Source of the DNA: Octopus vulgaris | Taxonomy: Eukaryota | DNA: 64,000 nucleotides | Direction of reading: 5' to 3' | NCBI GenBank assembly: GCA_951406725.2 | Contig: OX597819.1 | Span: forward strand, 18,600,001 to 18,664,000 | In this document: in pieces, positions 28,881 through 42,706 of the stretch | How positions within the stretch are numbered: the first letter of the stretch is position 1 | Layout: every line of letters starts with the position of its first letter | Notes under the pieces: generated by a model | Seen by the model: the letters and a program-made list of their open reading frames with translations, nothing else | Told to the model about the DNA's origin: nothing | The model's database searches: none | Made by a program: the position numbers and the translations under genes

Positions 28881-30446
28881 ATATTTGTATGTATATATAT
28901 ATAGATAGATAGATAGATAGGTAGGTAGAAAATCTGTACTTCAATCACTGTACTTAAAATGTCTCTTCTGTTCTAGCCTAGAAGCTGATTTTAGGGCAAC
29001 GGCAGAGGTCAGCTGATATAGTGCGGTGCAATTTTAAACTATTTGCAAATTTTTCACGAGTTTTGCTCGCCAGGAATGAACTGATCTTTATTATATTCGC
29101 AAACGATGGCAGAATTCGAACTCATAGCGTAATGCCGGAACCCATATCGCAACTAATTGTAATCAAAGCATCAACTAAATGCCATTTTTCGCGTCGTTCG
29201 TAAACCCAGTACCACCTCCATTTTGGTGGTTAGCAATCTAAAGTATATTGGAACAAAGACTTCTATTGCGGCTTGTATGCTCCCTTATATTATACAAGGA
29301 TTTTAATAACCATTCTTGAAACTTTAAGCGACTTGATGTCACCAAACCTCGGGATAACATCTCTGTTAATTAAAAACGCATGTAATAGTTTGCGTGTAAT
29401 AATAATAGTAATAATAGCGAAAACATAAGAAGAACAACATCAACACGAACAGCAACATGAATGACAGCAACAACAAAATGAAGAGTAATAAAGATGCCCA
29501 CATAACAAATACAAAAATAACTGCAAATACGAAATCCATAAAGTGAAATGAAAACCGATGCTCATTCCAATGGCGTCGAGTTGGAGCTGCTTCTGCAGGG
29601 ATCACAGGCTGGAGGAATTAATGTATCTGAGGTTAAGGGTTGCATGGATCCTGCACTCGAAGCTAATTGTTATATATGTAAGAATTTAGATATTAAGATT
29701 AACTTCGGCCCGTCCAACCCCATAAAATGCAATATAGATCCTAGAACATATAACTTACTGAGTATGACAAAAGCAAAGAACAAATACATATTTGGTTTGA
29801 TAATACGACAAAACAAAGCGAAAATATCTAAAACAAAACTGGAGCTCAAAAGACACTGGTTGTAGAGAAGGTGCAGTGATCAAAAATTGCGCAGGGATAT
29901 TGTGAAATAAGGTGTACTGTAAGAGCTTACGGGCTTTGGTCTATGAGTAAAAGGGATCTGGTATATCCTGCATCAGAACGCACCTGGTGGATCGGGATCA
30001 CATAAGTACAAATCGAAAATAGTTACAAAAGTAAATAGCGATAAGGAAGCTGAGAAGAGAAAGGAATTAATGCAGCCACGTGGCAGCGGAATATGCAGGA
30101 ATCTCATCAATGGCTGAGAGAAGAAAGAAATAATAAAAGAGGAAGAAGAATGCAACCTACACTCCCCCTCCCTCCACAAAAAAAATAGAAAAAAAACTTT
30201 CCTTACAATCCCTCGAGCTTCAGCTACTCTGGAGGTACACCATCTTAAAATTCTCAACGTGCAGAAATGAAACCTACCCTCAAAAAATAGCAAAAAAAAA
30301 CCCAGCTATTAGGGTAAGGCCTGAGGGATAATCCATACAGCGAATTGTCTAATTCGCGAAGCAAATCAATTTATTTACACATATAGACACATAATATTAT
30401 ACACGCACAAACACATACACGCACACACACAGACACACACACACGC

Positions 30447-30479
<33 letters not shown>

Positions 30480-30655
30480 TGTTTGTGTTTTAATGTGTGT
30501 ATGCATAGGGAAAGATGGGGCAGTTATATTAAAATGATGAGAATAAATAGGCCTGAAGGTGGAGATTTTTTAAGTAACGGGATCATGCAAGGGTCCAGAC
30601 AGGCCCCGGTATTTAAGGGAATGCATACATTCATAGACACATACATATATTGAAG

Positions 30656-30712
<57 letters not shown>

Positions 30713-31841
30713 GTGTGTGCATGTTTGTGTACACACACATACACACACATGTGTGCGTAGCCCGAGTACAAACTTAATTCACATTAACACCATTTTCACT
30801 ACTGAAAAGCCAATAAAATTTTTTCAAGTCATAAATCTATAGAACTTGAACTCGTCACCTTACAATAACGTGCTTAGCATTTTTACTATTACTACTGATG
30901 TATAGCTCCGTTGCCGATAGCGATCATATTAAGATAATAAAACCAAGTTGTATACAGTTCTCTACGAGCATGAAAAAGGGTTGAATAATAGAGAGAATAA
31001 TGTATTCCAGCTTGTATTATACTCTTTGGCTTGGTTCGGTTGGAAGGAAAAAAAATGATTGCATGAATAACGAAGTAAAGTATGAGCAAAAACGTACAAT
31101 TAATGATGGTTAGATCTGATAATAGAATATTACGGCTGACCCTAAAAATCACACTTGCCATGCACATTACATTATTGGATAACAATCTACATGTATGGCT
31201 TCACAAATGAGAACAAAATAAAACACCATAAACAAACAAAGAAATAAGAAGGATAATAAGAAAAATAATAATAATTCTCTCTTGAAAAGTAGCATATTAT
31301 ATTGCAGATTTCGTTGCAAATATTTTCAACAAGCTTCTATACATCGCTCATCATGTGTCTTTGATCAATAGAGTTAGTTGATGCTCTGATATAAAATGAA
31401 AATTCTCCCAACATATATCGAGTTTTAGGTTGCTATGCTGTTAATTTAGTTAATAGAGAAATCTAATACACGCAAAGAGATGATAAAGTTAATATAAATT
31501 GCTCGGTTATATATTCCTTATTGCAGTTAACAGGCTATTAACATGAGGAGAGGGTCGACCTGAGAAACTCGACGTAACATTGATTTGCAGTTCTACTGGT
31601 GATTCTAATCAAAATACCCTCTTATTGATCAGATATATACAGTGATAGAGAAAGAGAGGGAAGAATGGTAAGCAGATATTTCTAAAGAGATAGTCAGATT
31701 ACTCTTGTTCTGTATAATGTTTTGCTGTAATCCACAAAGTCTACAATATGGACGCGTATGTACCAGACACGTACACACACACACACACACACACATAAAG
31801 GCATCTATACATGTATGCTTGCACGAATGTATGTATATCTG

Positions 31842-31994
<153 letters not shown>

Positions 31995-32294
31995 CTGTGT
32001 GTGTGTGTGTGTGTGTGTGCATGTGCATGTTTGTGTTTGTGTTTTTGTGTGTGTATGTGTTTTTATGTTTGCATGTGTGTGTGTGCGTGCGCGACTATGT
32101 GTACTTGTAAATGTAGATTATGTTTACATATTTATACATATATATGTATATGCATATCCATATATATATATAATAATATGTCTATATATTTATGAGTGCA
32201 TTTGTGCCTGAAAATGTGTTTGTTTGCCTATCGATACATCAGAGTGAGATAGAAAGAACGAGAGAGAAGAACCAGATAACATTACGTCTGAGCA

Positions 32295-32338
<44 letters not shown>

Positions 32339-33102
32339 ATCCTTATATTTATACATATTTCTATCTATATATCTGTATCTATATAAACATACACACTCAT
32401 ATATATATACACACACACACAGACACATATTCGAAACGTAGAGTAGATGAAACCTTTAGCGACTGAAGAAGGGGTTTTTTCTTTGTGTTAATTGTCCTGT
32501 ACTCAATTTTTTTGCTGTTTTGAAAAAATATCCAGTTCCTTTGGTTTGTGTCTATGTTTTCGTTTCTCATTGTGTTCGACGTCCTTTTGGTGTCCTGTAC
32601 TCATATATATGTGTATATGTACATGTAGAGGTAGGTACGTACATATATGTTTATATATATGCATATGTTTTATTTTATTTATTAATATATATATATATAT
32701 ACATGTTGTAGGGAGTTGTTAACAGTGGTACACCCGTCTCACGTGACGAATGGAATAACCTAGTCGCTATAAGTAAACGGAAGTAGGTCAATTATCAGAG
32801 ATAGTTGTGTCTTTACTGGTTTTACTACTAAGTATCCTGTATACCAGAATGGGCGTGATAGCAATCCAATAGAATAAGGACATAATATTGGCAACGAGGA
32901 TTTAAACAAATCATGAGGAATTTAAAAAGTAACTCACAAACGTTCCTGTTGGGCGAATTTTACGAAAAAGTCGTAAAATTATGGAAAATTTGTTGTTCAG
33001 TTTGCTCGAGTTGCATAAGCAGCAACAATAGTATCAGCTACAACTGCAAGTACAACAGCACAAACATCAACAACAACTGAAAGAACAAAAACAGCAGCAG
33101 AT

Positions 33103-33270
33103 AGGCGCAGGAGTGGCTGTGCGGTAAGTAGCTTGCTAACAAACCACATGGTTCCGGGTTCAGTCCCACTGCGTGGCATCTTGGGCAAGTGTCTTCTGCT
33201 ATAGCTCCGGGCCGACCAATGCCTTGTGAGTGGATTTGGTAGATGGAAACTGAAAGAAGCCTGTCGTATA

Positions 33271-33316
<46 letters not shown>

Positions 33317-33476
33317 GGTCCCGGGTTGAGTCGGGGTTAACCACAGTAAATAAGGGACTCAATACATAGCAGAGTAAAATTAATTTATTTTATAGAAGGA
33401 GTTTACAGGACTAGAACTGTTTCATTTGAATGAAACAGTTCTAGTCCTGTAGAAGCTCCTTCTATAAAATAAATAA

Positions 33477-33532
<56 letters not shown>

Positions 33533-33755
33533 GTGTGTTTGTGTGTCTATGTTTGTCCCCCTAGCATTGCTTGACAACCGATGCTGGTGTGTTTACGTCT
33601 TCGTCACTTAGCGGTTCGGCAAAAGAGACCGATAGAATAAGTACTGGGCTTACAAAGAATAAGTCCCGGGGTCGATTTGCTCGACTAAAGGCGGTGCTCC
33701 AGCATGGCCGCAGTCAAATGACTGAAACAAGTAAAAGAGTAAAAGAGTAAAGAGA
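33103..33755 (+). mobile_element. Full-length tRNA-derived SINE family B with an internal (TA)/(TG) tract and a nested fold-back element (33316-33480)
   Basis: Head GGCGCAGGAGTGGCTGTGCGGTAAG...GGGTTCAGTCCC (A and B boxes), TCTTGGGCAAGTGTCTT core, tail ATGACTGAAACAAG(TAAAAGAG)n. Confidence 0.9.
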
Positions 33756-33859
33756 TACAACAGCTAGAACCACAAAAGAAGCAACAACAACAACGAATAT
33801 TATTACAGTAATTACTGAAGCCGTCAGGTAAGTCAGAAAAAGTGTTGTCGCCATAACAA

Positions 33860-34365
33860 AGTTCAAATTTCGAAACGGACGAAGGATTTACCTTCGAAGC
33901 GTATTACAGAAGATACGATCAAATTTTCAAGAAAGAATGTAAAGATTGGGACGACAAGATAAAAACGCGTTTAATTTTGGGGAAACAAACAGGAACAGAA
34001 TATGAATGATACGGTAATTATGTTCTCCCACAAAAACCTTCGAACATAAACTTAGATAAACAATAGACATATTGGGTAAAATGTTCAGTGAAAAATGTTC
34101 ATTGTTCAACATCCTTCGGAAGTGTCTGAACATAGAGTAAAAACAAGGACGTGGTCTACGTCACATATTCTGGTAGAGTAAACTGGGAATGCTAGGAGCT
34201 CAAGCTGGTCGAATTAATGCCAGATGTGTTCAAAGGCCTGATTTTTACCCAGGGACTTACTGCCGAAAAGGACTCGGAAGTTCGAACTAGAATTCTTATG
34301 AAGCTAGAACAAAAACAAACAGGTAACTCTACAGCAAGTGTCAGAAGAATAACAATAAAGGATAA
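33860..34365 (+). pseudogene. Gypsy/Ty3 (K02A2.6/Mag-like) gag relic
   Basis: FETDEGFTFEAYYRRYDQIFKKECKDWDDKIKTRLILGK...YGNYVLPQKP...MFSEKCSLFN...CLN...YVTYSGRVNWEC...PDVFKGLIFTQGLTAEKDSEVRTRILMKLEQ matches the recalled TFxxWYxRYEDIF / YxNYILPKxP / FKCLIFVxGL...IRTRLL pattern. Contains stops and frameshifts. Confidence 0.82.
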
Positions 34366-34825
34366 AAAATTCACCGATTAAGGTGAAAACATATATTTGA
34401 TTATAATTAAGATCACAGGAAAAAGACCTTGCTGCTATGCTGAAAATAGATGCTATAAAATCTCACCACTTTAAAAATCACGCAGTTACACACATATAGA
34501 TAGCCCTGGATTACCTAAGTTCTGTATTTGCCCAATGACTTTTAGTCATCATACAGGACATAAATGAGATATTTATACAAAGCTACAGGACAGCAAAGGC
34601 AAAACCATAAACATATGTAATTAGCCCAGATAACACAAAACAACACATTTCGCGGCTTACCTCAGCAAATGTGTATTTGATCGCAGTAGCACATAAGCGG
34701 CTATGCTATCCTGAAGTGAATAAACAGTTCTCAATTATAACAATTCTCAATTATATCAATAAAGGATAATTTTTTTGTTAAAGTGGCAAGACGATTTAGC
34801 GTCTATTTTAAGCATAAAAGGCTAG

Positions 34826-34922
<97 letters not shown>

Positions 34923-36194
34923 TGAGTGTGTGTGTGTGTGTGAATTTGTGCCTCTGTGTTTGTGTGTATCGTACATTACCATAGACGATACTTTTAGGAT
35001 GGCAATTCGTAAAATTTACCTTGCAGAAATCCGATATTTCACCAATGTTCCATTATAAAAATATCCACCTGTATCTGTCTGTTATCAGGAGCGGATCAGT
35101 ATATTCCTAGTGAGACTGTTTTGGAAATCCCTAAAAGATAAATATGAGTTATTGGTAGGATCGAATTCAGCGTTCGATAGAAACAGAATCAAATACTAAT
35201 GCTTTCAATATTCAAATGAGTCCCAAATAGTTTAAAGATTCCGTTTAGAAAGCTAGTTTCTTGCAAGGCACCTAAGATTACATGGATTTGAGGGAAAAGA
35301 GAAGAGGATGTAAAATTGTTAGTCTGTATTTAAATGTAAGTGAAATTGTGAAGAATTATGATGGTTAAAATCTGAAATGGAGAGAAAAATCAAGGAGGGA
35401 CATTGTAATGTGACATGTATTGGACAGCTGTCAAACATGGAGGACTGACTTGTCTTCTCATGAGCTTACACATACCCTTCCTCCATTGTTCGTTTTTAAA
35501 ATTTGTCATTCTGCCAACATTCTTATTAAAAATCGATTCCAATTTATCAAGTCTTCCCATCATTATGTCATTTTTTCCCTCCATTTTACAAAGTTGCTAG
35601 AACTATTTTGATTAGTTCCCCTCTTTGACCCATCGCCACTGTGTCATCCTTTCGCATGCACTATTCTTTCTCATTCTTCCTTCCGTCTTTCCTTTTGCCT
35701 TTCTTCACTATTCAGCGTCTTTGTTTTCTCTCTCACTACTCCCAAATCATGGATTCATTGTCATTAGAAAACGCCATTCTGCCAAATCATTCCGCCCAAA
35801 CCTTCAACCGATTCCTCTTCCAGACGGCAGAGCAATTTATTACACTTTTCAACAGATTCAAATCACTAATTTCAGCCGCAGACAGACTCCCGCTGCTTTA
35901 CTACGATCTTAATATTTCCTTCATTAATATAAATAGAATGAAACATTTATTCCTGCACTCAAGTGTTTGCTGTTTTATAGCGAAACGGTTTGTTCGTTGT
36001 TTAACTTTTAAATTAGACAGAAAAGTGCAGCAAGTGTCCGGCTGATTACAGTTCTATTCACTCCGTCACCACAGCCCCACTGTTAACGTTGGAGTTGAAA
36101 TCGAATGAAGAATAGCATCGTCTCTGTAAAAGAACAAACGAAGTAATTTAATAAGTCAAGGTATTTACTTAATGAAAAAAAGAGAATTTCAGCC

Positions 36195-36680
36195 TAGTCG
36201 CACGCTTGACTGTATGGTTAAGTAGCTCGATTTACAATCACGTGGATCCGGCTTCCCTGAAATCTGCGCGATTTGCTGGACAAGTCTTCTACTAGAGACC
36301 AGCGCCGACAAAATCCTTTTGAGTGAATTAAAGTGAGGAAAATTGTGAAATCCGTCGTATCTCTGCTAGCCTCTCACCGACATTGTCAACTGATGTTGTT
36401 AGCTGTTGGTGGGAGACAAGTACACGTAACTTAACAATTAGGCAAAAGAGACCAGAACAACACGACGCATGGTTGGGACAAATACACACACACACACACG
36501 CACACACACATACACACACACATGTATACAACGGGCTTCTTTCAGCTTCCGTTTACAAAATCCACTCACGAGGACGGCCCGAGGGTGTAGTAGAAGAGAT
36601 TTATCCAAAGTACCACGTAGTGAGACTGAACGCGGAACTATGTGGTTGGTAAGCAAGCTACTAACGTCAAAGCCACTAAA
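36195..36680. mobile_element. Two converging degenerate SINE family B fragments (+ 36195-36360; - 36400-36680)
   Basis: Similar to the 33103-33270 head in both orientations. Confidence 0.65.
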
Positions 36681-36681
36681 T

Positions 36682-36750
<69 letters not shown>

Positions 36751-36804
36751 TATACATACGGAGTTACGCCCTCGAGTATATAATTTATAATTTATCTTTG
36801 TATA

Positions 36805-37020
36805 AAGGAGGCGAGTTGGCAGAAACACTAGGATGCCGAATAAAACGCTTAGCGGCATTTCGTTCGTCGTTAAGTTCTGTGTTGAAATTCCGCCGAGATA
36901 GACTTTTCATTTCATTCTTTCGTGGAGTGCAATAAAATACCATTTCAGTATTGATGTCGCTTTTATCGACTCACACCTTCTCCTGCACTTGCTACCCACG
37001 TGCCAAAATTTGAAACCGAT
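36805..37020 (+). mobile_element. Degenerate SINE family A
   Basis: AAGGAGGCGAGTTGGCAGAAACACTAG...GCTTAGCGGCATTTCG...AAATTCCGCCGAG. Confidence 0.78.
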
Positions 37021-37842
37021 TTATCTGTATATAAACCGATGTATAATATATGTGTGCGTGTGTGTATATATGCATTCCTGCGTATATAAATATAAATTTC
37101 TCACTCTGTATGTGCTGTGTGTGTGTGTGTGCATGTATTGGTTTACAACACCAAGGCCTAAACTACATTTCAGCCATTTCTGTAGAGATTCTACAGCAAG
37201 AGAAGCGATACGACATCAACGGATACAAAACGCATTGAAGAATAGATGGATAGCAGTAAAACATTTGATCAGAGGTTCTATTTGAACACGTTACCACAGG
37301 GGAAAGGAAAAGGAAACAATCAACAAAATCCACAATAAAATAAATTCATTTACGTCTGCAAAACCTAAAATGCAACTCCGTTGGCAACATCTGCAACAGC
37401 GCTAGTTTTAGCAGAATAGCAATCACACGAATTATTCTGGACCGATTGTTGATATTTCGTCCCTGTTCATTGTTGCCGCCTTCGGTAAAGGAGGGACGCA
37501 TTGCTTTCTGTGGAAACTCTGTTGAATAACCGATTCCAAGAGGGAAGAGGAGGAGGAGGAGGAGGATGACGAAATTCAATGTGTACTTGAATGGAAAAAG
37601 AAAAGATACAATCCAGGGAAAGGGGATAAATAAGTAAATGAAATATAAAAAAGGAAGTATAAAATATAATTCGTGGTATACATCTACGCACCTGTAATTT
37701 TGTTCGTATTCAACAAATGTACAGATACCCAATGAGAGATAAAACATGGGTAGAGAGAGAGAGAGAAATAAAGAAAGAGGACAACACGGTCACACCATCA
37801 TATATCCACACACAAACACTGTCTATATAGACCAGTGTTTGG

Positions 37843-37896
<54 letters not shown>

Positions 37897-37925
37897 AAGG
37901 GTGGAAAATATATACGCGCATACAT

Positions 37926-37966
<41 letters not shown>

Positions 37967-38055
37967 CGTATTGTTGTATTTCGGAATAGTCATATATATA
38001 AACGTAACAATGTATATATATATATATATATATAATTTATATATATGTATATGGA

Positions 38056-38168
<113 letters not shown>

Positions 38169-38313
38169 GGCATTAACACACACACACGTGTAGGCGAATG
38201 TAAGTACAGTTTCATGTCATCTAGATTGATATTTGGGCGCAGGAAAAGGGAAACTAGAGAAAATGAGAGATAATTAGATATATACGCGTGTACATTCATA
38301 CATACACACACAC

Positions 38314-38366
<53 letters not shown>

Positions 38367-38383
38367 CATATATACATATACAC

Positions 38384-38434
<51 letters not shown>

Positions 38435-39006
38435 CACACACATTCATATATACATACAATACATGCATATGTATTCATTCCACAGATAAGAATACATAGA
38501 GAAACGAAGAATGCCTGGCTATTTGGCCAGCAATGAGTTAGCTTCACATAATAAACCGTTATTTTGACTTGAGTCACATCGAAGCAATGTCAACAGTCAA
38601 ATTGATTAACTGCCTCACAGAAATCGACAGATATTTTATAGCTCTTTCACGGTAAATACGTCTAGCAGATTCCCCCATCATCGTAGCGAAGGGTCACTCT
38701 GTTGAGCTGTGTGTCTTCCAAATCCCCATCATGAATGACTATGTTAGATTGTTGAGGGCCTTTGTTAAACTCTACAGTGGTTTTAAGCGGAAGACATCAG
38801 TGGGTTTGGAAAGGCATGTGTTTGTATGTGTATATATATTCTTTTATTCATTTATTTGCTTCAGTCATTTGACTGCAGCGATGCTGGAGCACAGCCATTA
38901 GTCAAAAGAACCGCTAGGTTACAGGGACATAAACACACCAGCAAGTGATGGTGGGTGGACAAACAAAGACACACAAACATAGACACACACATCTATCTAT
39001 CTATCA

Positions 39007-39042
<36 letters not shown>

Positions 39043-39088
39043 CTCTATCTATCTATCTATCTCTATACATATATATATATATATATAT

Positions 39089-39275
39089 AACGGGAAGGTT
39101 TACGAAAATAAACAAAAGACGAAGGCAGGTGGAGTACAAACAAACAATGGCGCTCAGGAATAGAAATAAATCAAGTCTTCTACGTTTCGAGCCTACGCTC
39201 TTCGACAGAAAGATACACAGAAAAGAAACAAGGAGAGAACAAAATTGCGTGTAGGGGCTAACGATCCAACATGGC

Positions 39276-39277
<2 letters not shown>
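39089..39277 (-). mobile_element. Short Penelope-like terminal element with a hammerhead-like motif, embedded in (TA)n
   Basis: Reverse complement matches 49055-49258 and 61310-61523; contains TCTTT-CTGTCGA-A-GAGC-GTAG-GCTC-GAAAC-GTA-GAAGA. Confidence 0.8.
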
Positions 39278-39330
<53 letters not shown>

Positions 39331-39380
39331 CAATTGAGGATAAAATTTTTATAAGAAATTATCAGTAGTACCCTCAATAT

Positions 39381-39419
<39 letters not shown>

Positions 39420-39421
<2 letters not shown>

Positions 39422-40668
39422 ATAATAAGAGTAAATACTATAAAGGTTTTAAAAAAACCACAATTATTTACTGTAGAAGTATGTAAATATAGCCGATTAC
39501 CGGCAGGAACTTGTAAAGTTCAGTATATATATTGTATATAAGAAAGGACAAGCAACAGGTTGCTTGACCCATACCGAAAAATAGAAATGGCAGTCAAGAA
39601 TGCTTATTTCTATCAAAGTGGGACCCGCAGACAAACCCTGTAATTCACATATGCAAACGGAAGGGATAGATAACGGAAACGAAGTCTGGTGGTTATCTGT
39701 GAACATCATGTTTCTGGATTATAAACCAAAGGCTAAACCTACATAGACGTTTGAATTCGTAAATCTTCCCTCCAAATTTTGCCATACTACAAAATAGTTC
39801 CATATGAGTAGGAACCATTTGGTTGTCGTAAGGAGTGAAAAATCCAATTAGTAATATAATAATAAGAGTAATTTCTATAAAGGTTTTTAAAAACACAATT
39901 ATTTCTGGTAGAATTATGTAATATGCGATTACCGGCAGAACTTTGTAAAGTTCAGTATATATATTGTATATAGAAAAAGGAAGCAAGGTTGCTTGACCCA
40001 TACGAAAAAATAGAAATGGCAGTCAGAATGCTTATTTCTATCAATGGACTCGGGCACGACAAACCCTGTAATTCACATATACAAAACGGAAGGGATAGAT
40101 ACGGAATCGAAGTCTGGTTTATCTGTGAACATCATGTTTCTGAATATAAACATATTGAATATATATTTCATATATTTTTGATATATATTTCATATACATT
40201 GATATATATTACATCCTCTTCAGCACAGCTTTCCATTGAAATAGATTTATCATAGATTTATAATGCGACATCAAAATATTTGAAGAAAAATATATACTGA
40301 ACTTTACAGAAATTCCTGCCGGTTATCGGCTATATTTACATACCGAATTCTACCAGTAAATAATTGTGTTTTTTAAAAACCTTTATAAATTATTTACTCT
40401 TATTTATATTACTAATTGGATTTTCACTCCTTACGACAACCAAATGGTTCCATCATATGGAACTATTTTGTAGTGACAAATTTTGGAGGAAGATTTACGA
40501 ATTCAAACGTCTATTGGTTTAGCCTTTGCTCACTTTCTTCAAATATTTGATTCCATGTCAGAATTTTCGTACATTTGATAAATCTATGATAAATCTATTT
40601 CAATGGAAACTGTGCTGAAAAGTTGAAATATATATGCAATATATATATATATATATATACCCTTCGTT

Positions 40669-40675
<7 letters not shown>
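39420..40675. repeat. Complex tandem plus inverted duplication (A-B-A'-C-rc(B/A)-rc(C))
   Basis: 39420-39725 is repeated at 39859-40150; 39727-39960 is inverted at 40290-40529; 40200-40290 is inverted at 40535-40640. Confidence 0.9.
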
Positions 40676-40710
<35 letters not shown>

Positions 40711-40869
40711 ATATACGTAATATACATAATATCGAGGTCTCTTTCATTTGGGGTGGGGACATTTTCTTAGCATTTTCATAGGTGGATTTCCACCTCGGTA
40801 TCCGGAACTCGGAGTTTTATCATGGCTACCGAATAATTGTACGTATATATGTATGTATGTATGTATGCA

Positions 40870-41060
40870 TGTATATACTTGTATTTCTGTATTTGCCGCC
40901 CCAACATCGCTTGACATCAGATGCTGGTGAATTTACGTCCCCATAATTTAGCGGTTCGGCAAAAGAGACCGATAAAATAAGAAATAGGACTACAAAGAAT
41001 AAGTCCTGCGGTCGATTTCCTCGAATAAAGGCGATGCACCAGCAAGGCCGCAGTCAAGTG
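40870..41060 (+). mobile_element. SINE family B, 3' half
   Basis: CATCGCTTGACA...TTAGCGGTTCGGCAAAAGAGACCGATA...GGCCGCAGTCAA. Confidence 0.82.
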
Positions 41061-41553
41061 TACATGGCACAGTTGAAGGGAACATTATACCATACCAAAT
41101 CATTATGTTCAGCCCTCCTACCTATGTAAGGGCTGAAGGTACCTCTTTCAACGACTCCTAAAATCGCACCTAGGTTATTAGGTATGGCCCTATTACCGGT
41201 ACATATTTGAATATTGTAAAGTGCAATATTGATAATAAGGAGAATGAAGAATTTGAACTTTTATACTTTATGTTTTGGTCATTCATGATTTGTCTTTATA
41301 TATTGAATGTTTAAATGCTTCATTCGCCTTGGCATATTACTCAGAGAAATACGGTACCAACCTGGATATTAAATCCCTACTTTTACTAGAAAAATAATTT
41401 CGTCTGGAACTAATAATAAAGACAGATAACCTGTGAATGGAGAAAATATATTTGGCTGCATCAGTTAAGGATATCCCTATCCCCACCACAATAAAAAGGA
41501 ATTCGTGAAAGACCTAAACTTGATATTTGAATGTTCAAATTCTCCATTCTCCT

Positions 41554-41644
<91 letters not shown>

Positions 41645-41648
41645 ATTA

Positions 41649-41741
<93 letters not shown>

Positions 41742-41799
41742 TTGTTTTTTTAAAATTCTAGTTTCAGCTCAGAGCTGCGGCCATGCTGATACACCGCCG

Positions 41800-41958
41800 C
41801 TAAAGTTGTGGCGAAAGTGTCAGCAGATGTTCGCCATTACCTTCTGCCGGAGTCGCATGAAGCTTAGGTGGTTTCGCTCATAGACACACACATCACCCGG
41901 TCTGAGATTCGAACCCGCGTTCCCTCGACCGCGAGTCCGCTGCTATAACCACTAGGCC

Positions 41959-41961
<3 letters not shown>
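41800..41961 (-). mobile_element. SINE family D-related 5' half (tRNA-Arg-like head)
   Basis: Minus strand ATGGCCTAGTGGTTATAGCAGCGGACTCGCGGTCGAGGGAACGCGGGTTCGAATCTCAGACCGGG resembles 56204-56270. Confidence 0.82.
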
Positions 41962-41993
<32 letters not shown>

Positions 41994-42274
41994 TGTATGT
42001 ATGTATGTATGTATGTATGTATGTATGTATGCATGTATGTATATACACGTTTTGGAATATTGAATTTCGCAGCGCACCTTGTTGATTGGGCTGTCTTCGA
42101 CTTTCAGACCAGAATGATTTTTTTCAGTCCAATATTTACAAGCATTTATTTATAGATTTGTGTGATGTACCTCCAGAACCAAGAAGTATCTCACATTCTC
42201 TTTAATATTTATAACATTTTATGACGGCAAACAGAAACTGAATGAAGCCCGTCGTATATACATACACACATACT

Positions 42275-42376
<102 letters not shown>

Positions 42377-42665
42377 TAGGTGAATAAATTATCCTATTTT
42401 TATCGTCAGCATGGAAAATTCGTTTCACCGAAACTTGGGTAACAAATTCACACGCTTGAAGCGACCTGTCAAGGGTTGAAACTCCGGGTTCATGTGCAGA
42501 AATGTGTGTGTTGTATGTGAATAAATGAAAGAATGGAGTCGAACGAAGATGTTAACAAATGCATAATGCACCCGTTATTCCTTTGGAATGAAAACATGCT
42601 GTCTTCGAAACATACGTCGGGAGTAAAGGAAATTTGTTAACATCTTCGCTCGACTCCATTCTTTC

Positions 42666-42706
<41 letters not shown>

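Noticed and set aside
29548-29865. 105-aa ORF with ELELLL...INVSE, faintly like a LINE AP-endonuclease N-terminus
   Set aside because: No further AP-endonuclease motifs were recognisable; too weak to call.
32430-32480. Additional hammerhead candidates (GAAAC/CTGAAGAAG here; also about 21520, 50342 and 50975)
   Set aside because: Core elements are incomplete, out of order or lack supporting stems; not counted without a covariance-model search.
35625-36045. Two overlapping ORFs (95 and 134 aa) in pyrimidine-rich unique sequence
   Set aside because: No recognisable motif, non-ATG starts, and a composition explained by C/T skew.
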